From: Balanoglossus misakiensis | Lineage: Eukaryota; Animalia; Hemichordata | Assembly: GCA_040954595.2 (NCBI GenBank) | Contig: CM082576.2 | Span: 124,001-188,000, forward strand | Reading direction: 5' to 3' | DNA length: 64,000 nucleotides | Shown: one piece after another, positions 58,981 through 64,000 of the stretch | Layout: every line of letters starts with the position of its first letter | Numbering within the stretch: position 1 is the first letter of the stretch | Notes under the pieces: generated by a model | Told to the model about the DNA's origin: nothing | Database searches by the model: none | The model's input: the letters and a program-made list of their open reading frames with translations, nothing else | Made by a program: the position numbers and the translations under genes

Positions 58981-61900
58981 ATAATCATGTTGTGTTTCTA
59001 CACGTGACCTCTGTTGTCTGGTGGAGATGAGATGATGGAAACTATTGTTGTTACCTGAAGAGAACAAGAAGTATTTTATACATTAACCACAGTTGAAGGA
59101 TTCAACATAAATAAGCCTCCCACGAACTGAAGAAAACAAAATTAGAAAATATATTTTGCGCTGAGTGGGCATGGTGTGTATTGTCTGCTTTGCCCTTACC
59201 ACGTGACCTTTAGCTAGCCAAATGAATCGAGGTTAATTGAAAGTTATTCGTGTTTAAACTCTGTGGGGATGGCTTGTAAGTGGATGGAACAACATGCAAA
59301 GATCAGTAGTGACTGGCCGGGTCATACCATGTCTGCGCCACATATTTGATTTACAATCTGCGTTAATATGTTGGCCAGACTGACCGAACTATTAAATTGT
59401 GGCATCCACGAATCCACCGCACAATTTCTCAAAGTGAATATTGCGCATTTATGGTTACGGCTGTCCGCTCTGGGATTCAACTCACTCGATTCGACTATGA
59501 AATATTAGTCTCGTTCATAATCTGTAATGTAATTAGTCAATTCTTATTCGTTGTAGTTTTAGACTAGTATTTAAAACCATGCGAGCGTTGAATCTGTCTG
59601 AGTGAATCTACTCTATTTTACTACAGTTCGATCTCCGCTAACAATCGATAATCTGAACGTAATTTGAATAGAAAATATTGTTTTTGTAAGTTTCAATTCA
59701 TGACATCAAAAACCGACTCGTTGAAGCCGGTCTAATACGATCTAAAAGCCGGATATACGGCCATCTAAAATGTCTAGACCGTGAGACCAGATGGCAGTAC
59801 TAGAAATAACCCGGGTGAAGGATTTCGCATACTTGCCGATACTTCACAATCACATGACAACCGGGTTCTGTCTGCTTCAAAACAAAGCCGCATCATCATC
59901 ATGTTGACACAGATACAACTTATATTGCGCAACGAGTACAAGAAACTACGTAGATATCCTGCAAAGATATGATACAGGTGTGTCCATGATGAATTGGCAG
60001 GGCCTGGAGACAAGTGTCTTAAAAATTGTAAAATGTTTGGCTTATATATATTTTCAAAATGTGCAGATTTTGATGATAGAGGTGTGAACAGGAATGATTG
60101 CGTGCACGGTAATAAACAGCCTCTGTCACAGAACCGTGTTCAGAGCTTTGTATACAGTTTTGTACATAAAGATTAATGTACGACTGGCAGGCCCTTGTGT
60201 CGTTCAACATCTGAACGATTGCACGACACGAGTTCATTATCCGGCTTACAACACGTAGCAAGACAACATCTGTGATCTTGGTAACATGCTAAACAACTTC
60301 TCAATCACATCAACCAATCACAAGCTTCACAAAATGCACCTGGTGAATGACATTTCAATTGGACAGTTTTCAGCCAGTTCATTTGTCAGATTGTCACTGA
60401 GGTGCCATTTCTATCTTTTGATACTAACATGGCTGAAAGTAGGGAAAACAACGACTTATTCATTACCCAGAGCTATTTCCGACAACCAAGACGTGAATGT
60501 GAAAGTCATGACTGTTACTATATGGACCAAAATTTTGGTAGCCTCATTTGAGACAATGTATATAAACCATCGAAAGTGACTTGACGACAATCGAGGGTGC
60601 CTTTCCTCCAGGCTTTCAGCCCCCATTGCGCACATCCTCTACTGTATGTAAAAACATTTTCTGTCATTTTTCCCTCGAAACATTTAAATTTATAGTTATC
60701 CTATTGACTTGGAATGTTCGATTGTACGTCTGGCCTGTCGGAAAAATGGAAAATTCAGGTGAAACCGTGTACGAGGTATAGAAGTCTGACCCCAACCATA
60801 GGTCGAACACGAAATAAGATGAATTTGAATTTCTTTACGTTATGTAATAGAGACAATGAAGAATGTGTATGTCGTAGAGGGCGTTTGAGGATCGTTGTCG
60901 CTTACAATATTTCTCCTTGGACCGAAAAATAAATAGTGTCGGGACGTGTAAACAATCTGAAAATGCCTGATTGGTGAATACCCCGGCAGACCGTTTCATG
61001 ATAATGATTTTCTCTTTGAAACAAAATTTTAAAGGAGAAATGTGTGCAAATTTAAAAGTGACTTGAAGAAACCCATTTATCTATTCCAGAGATATGCTGA
61101 CAAAGTCCCATTTTCTGTAAATTGCGCGCTGTTTTTTTTACATATAAGATGACGTCTGGTCTTGGTGCTGACCCACTTGCTCAGTTCAAAGCAGCGGAAA
61201 CACATTCACTAAGGTCAAATTCAGTCCAACCAGTCTGTTGTATTTATTGACAGCTATAAGTAGATGCCATTATTCACTCCAAGAATAAGAAACAAAAAAC
61301 TTGTCCAGGTTATTCTCATTGATAACTTGCAATCTGGCGTTCCGAAGTCATGGTGAACGAACGCTTTTAACTCGAAAACACCTGCCTCAATTTGCATATG
61401 CTACACAACTCATTGTGTACACATGCCCCACAGGTGCCTGCGAATGTCGAACGGCCTCTGTAGAATACCATATGAAGAATATACTATAGGTATATACTAC
61501 AGAGGCCGCACGCACCTGTAACATGTCCCGGTCCCATAGAAATCCCCGCGCCCAGATAATGCAGTGATGACGTGAGGTTTATACGTGTTTGCTGCTATTT
61601 GATGACTCTGCCGAACGGGCATCGTCGTAAAACCACGACCTGTTTACGGCAACTGCTACGCGCTACCGCCCCGTTTTTTGCGTAGCTCCGCGGAGCGGAA
61701 ACACGGTCGGCTCTGGCTTGCGAGAATGCCGAACGGGCAAACCATGATCACGAACACGCATTTTAAAGCTTCTATAGCTGCCACATTTCACATATTTCTT
61801 CCACAGTAAAATACTTCAAATATATTCCCTATCCTCTAAAATCCTCACCATTAAGCCATATTACTTGCATTTGCACAATCGGGCATCAGTAAGCAAATTA

Positions 61901-63410
61901 GTCAAGAAAGACTACGTTAGCATTCCTGATCGCTTCAACTTGGCCCGAGTTCGTGTATTGTATCAATATCATCACGTGACCCATTCCGAGTCAGCCAGCG
62001 GCACACGAGGTATTTTTAATGCATCGCACAAAACACACGACATATGACCCTAGCATGTCAATACATTTAAATCCGAAAACCAATTCAAAATATGGCCTCG
62101 TCCACTTCTCATCACGTAACACTCGTTTCGGGTAGATGCGAGGCGAGGGTATACTCTAAGCACTATGTATTTATTACATCGTCCATCTATAGACAGTAGA
62201 CTGTATGCGCCCAGCTTTTCTAAGCTCACACACCTCTTGAAATAATGAACTGACCCAGGCAGACATAAAGCCCCAATAAACCTGATGGAAACAATGCTTT
62301 CGTTTTATTTTTAATGACTCTTGCAATAATTACCTCTTGTGGTATAAGGAAAGACTGGCGTAACGACTTTGAGACGTTACACTTGCGATATTTTGACACT
62401 TCTTCTGTCAGCTGACACGTAACGCGTTGCGTCCATCAAGCTCGATGGCGTGATGAGTTCGGGTTCGACGTATCCCCAGGCATAGTGTACTGCTGTTTCT
62501 TCGCATTGGGTATTGCAAGACTATCAACAGAATCACATTCATTCTTTGACTCCACAGAAAGCAACTCCTCTGAAACCGTACAACGATTCGCCTGAAGATT
62601 AAATTTCATCGAGTTGCGAAGATAATCATTACGTCGTGCTTGAAAAATCGCCGTTCCAATTCCGCCATAATTAGGATTATGGTACATTCGTTAGTGTTTT
62701 GTGTTCGCTATTGTAACGCCGTTCCTTTTCCGCACTCAGATCGATTCAAGGTTTTGGAAGTACACAAAGGTTTGGTTCTAGCATTACATTATAAATATTT
62801 TATGCTGTTTAAACCTCCTCGTTACTACATGTTTGCTCGCGAGATCGATGTCACCCGGTGACTCGAGACGAACACAGACACATAAGTAAGGACGTGTCGG
62901 CCTCTCAGTGTCATCTCCGGATCCTCCCTTTTCGGGGGGAAAAGTAAGACTGGGCGAGACGCCCCAGAAGACAGAACAAGGCACCCCCGCGCTGGAATTT
63001 GTGGATTGTGCCTTAGAGAGACAGGTTTGACCGTTGTTACAAACGATTTAGCACCATAACGAACCTCAGCATTGTGTCGTTTTTGCTTGAGTAACTTCAT
63101 TGAAAGTTTGACTTTTTGACTTGTTATGGTGCCAGGGAATTTTGACGAAATCGCACTGGGCAACCATTTCACCCACCCACCCACCCACACAAGTGAATAT
63201 AGGCCCAATACCACAAAAGGTTTCATGTTGTTGCGCAGATTTTATAACACGTCGGTGAACGAAGAATATATCATTTACCGGAGCTAGGTGACGTGGGCAG
63301 CCATACTGACATTTCTCTATATGCTTCGCAGACCGACTATTACAGCTACACTGGGATCATTATACGCCACATACAGCTAGTCTCTATGGCAGTGTGGGCG
63401 ACAGGTGGAT

Positions 63411-64000
63411 ATGCCGTCTACAAAACGAGACGATAAACAACAGCGGTACGCAGACGAAAACATGAAGGAAGGCTTCTTACCGCCCATCAGCCAACCCCAT
63501 CACAGCGATGACGGAGATTCTGACAGCGGCTCGGAGGATCCGATACTGCGTTTTTCACGACATCGGCCGTGTCGCAACCCACGCAGGAACAGTGAGAATA
63601 ATCGGTCTTCGTTATCCGATAGCTTCGTCTTGCCTCGGATCTACACTTCTCCCGAAGAGGAAAGTGCTTCCGCGATGAGAAAATCGAAAACGCAGCTCAG
63701 TTTCTACTCTAGGCGTAAGGGACGGCCTGCTCTCCCTGCGTCGAAAAGTTGTCCTGTTTTGTCAAAGAGTGGCTCCTCAGAATTTTCGGATTATGAATTG
63801 GATTTCATGTCCATGTCTTACAATATGAGTGATTTTCGGAAAAGGGGGGAACTAACGAAGAAAGGAAGCAGGGACGCTCGTGAAAGAGGTTCAAAGAAGA
63901 GCAAAGACGAGAAGGACGCCAGCAAACAGACAACCGATGTATCGCCTAGGAGTGGGGATGAGAAAGCGGAGACCAAACTACCGGATATTTTCTCACACAA
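63411..64000 (+). CDS. 5' part of an uncharacterised, low-complexity Ser/Lys/Arg-rich protein (open to the window end, at least 196 aa)
   Basis: ATG at 63411 is the first after an in-frame TAG at 63378. MPSTKRDDKQQRYADENMKEGFLPPISQ...KLPDIFSH runs without a stop to 64000. It is absent from the ORF track, presumably because no stop codon falls in the window. Confidence 0.7.
   Translation, partial: MPSTKRDDKQQRYADENMKEGFLPPISQPHHSDDGDSDSGSEDPILRFSRHRPCRNPRRNSENNRSSLSDSFVLPRIYTSPEEESASAMRKSKTQLSFYSRRKGRPALPASKSCPVLSKSGSSEFSDYELDFMSMSYNMSDFRKRGELTKKGSRDARERGSKKSKDEKDASKQTTDVSPRSGDEKAETKLPDIFSH

Noticed and set aside
59700-63300. Short ORFs on both strands upstream of the last gene
   Set aside because: No recognisable domains and no consistent exon chain could be built.

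Overview
Eukaryotic (metazoan) genomic DNA: AT-rich, with spliceosomal introns and alternating CpG-poor and CpG-rich domains. Gene content suggests a marine invertebrate, possibly a non-vertebrate deuterostome; this is inference only. I reconstructed the genes by hand from splice sites and reading-frame phases: (1) a PLEKHG1/2/3-family DH-PH RhoGEF (+, about 7.6/11.9-26.7 kb) with two candidate microexons; (2) YPEL5 (-); (3,4) two tandem intronless B4GALNT1/2-like glycosyltransferases sharing a near-identical internal tract of about 1 kb; (5) an OST-alpha/SLC51A-like transporter (-); (6) head-to-head with it, an 11-exon mitochondrially targeted, fungal/bacterial-type cysteine synthase (+); (7) only about 760 bp downstream, EGLN1/PHD2 with a C-terminal extension of about 100 aa and alternative 3' ends; (8) the start of an unknown disordered protein at the window end. 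Introns carry several non-autonomous DNA transposons, including two hairpin elements with a shared 22-nt apex. The most interesting signal is the tight cysteine synthase-EGLN1 pairing, which echoes known sulfide/cysteine-HIF links. That link is a hypothesis from adjacency, not shown by the sequence. No rRNA, intact tRNA or CRISPR array was seen.
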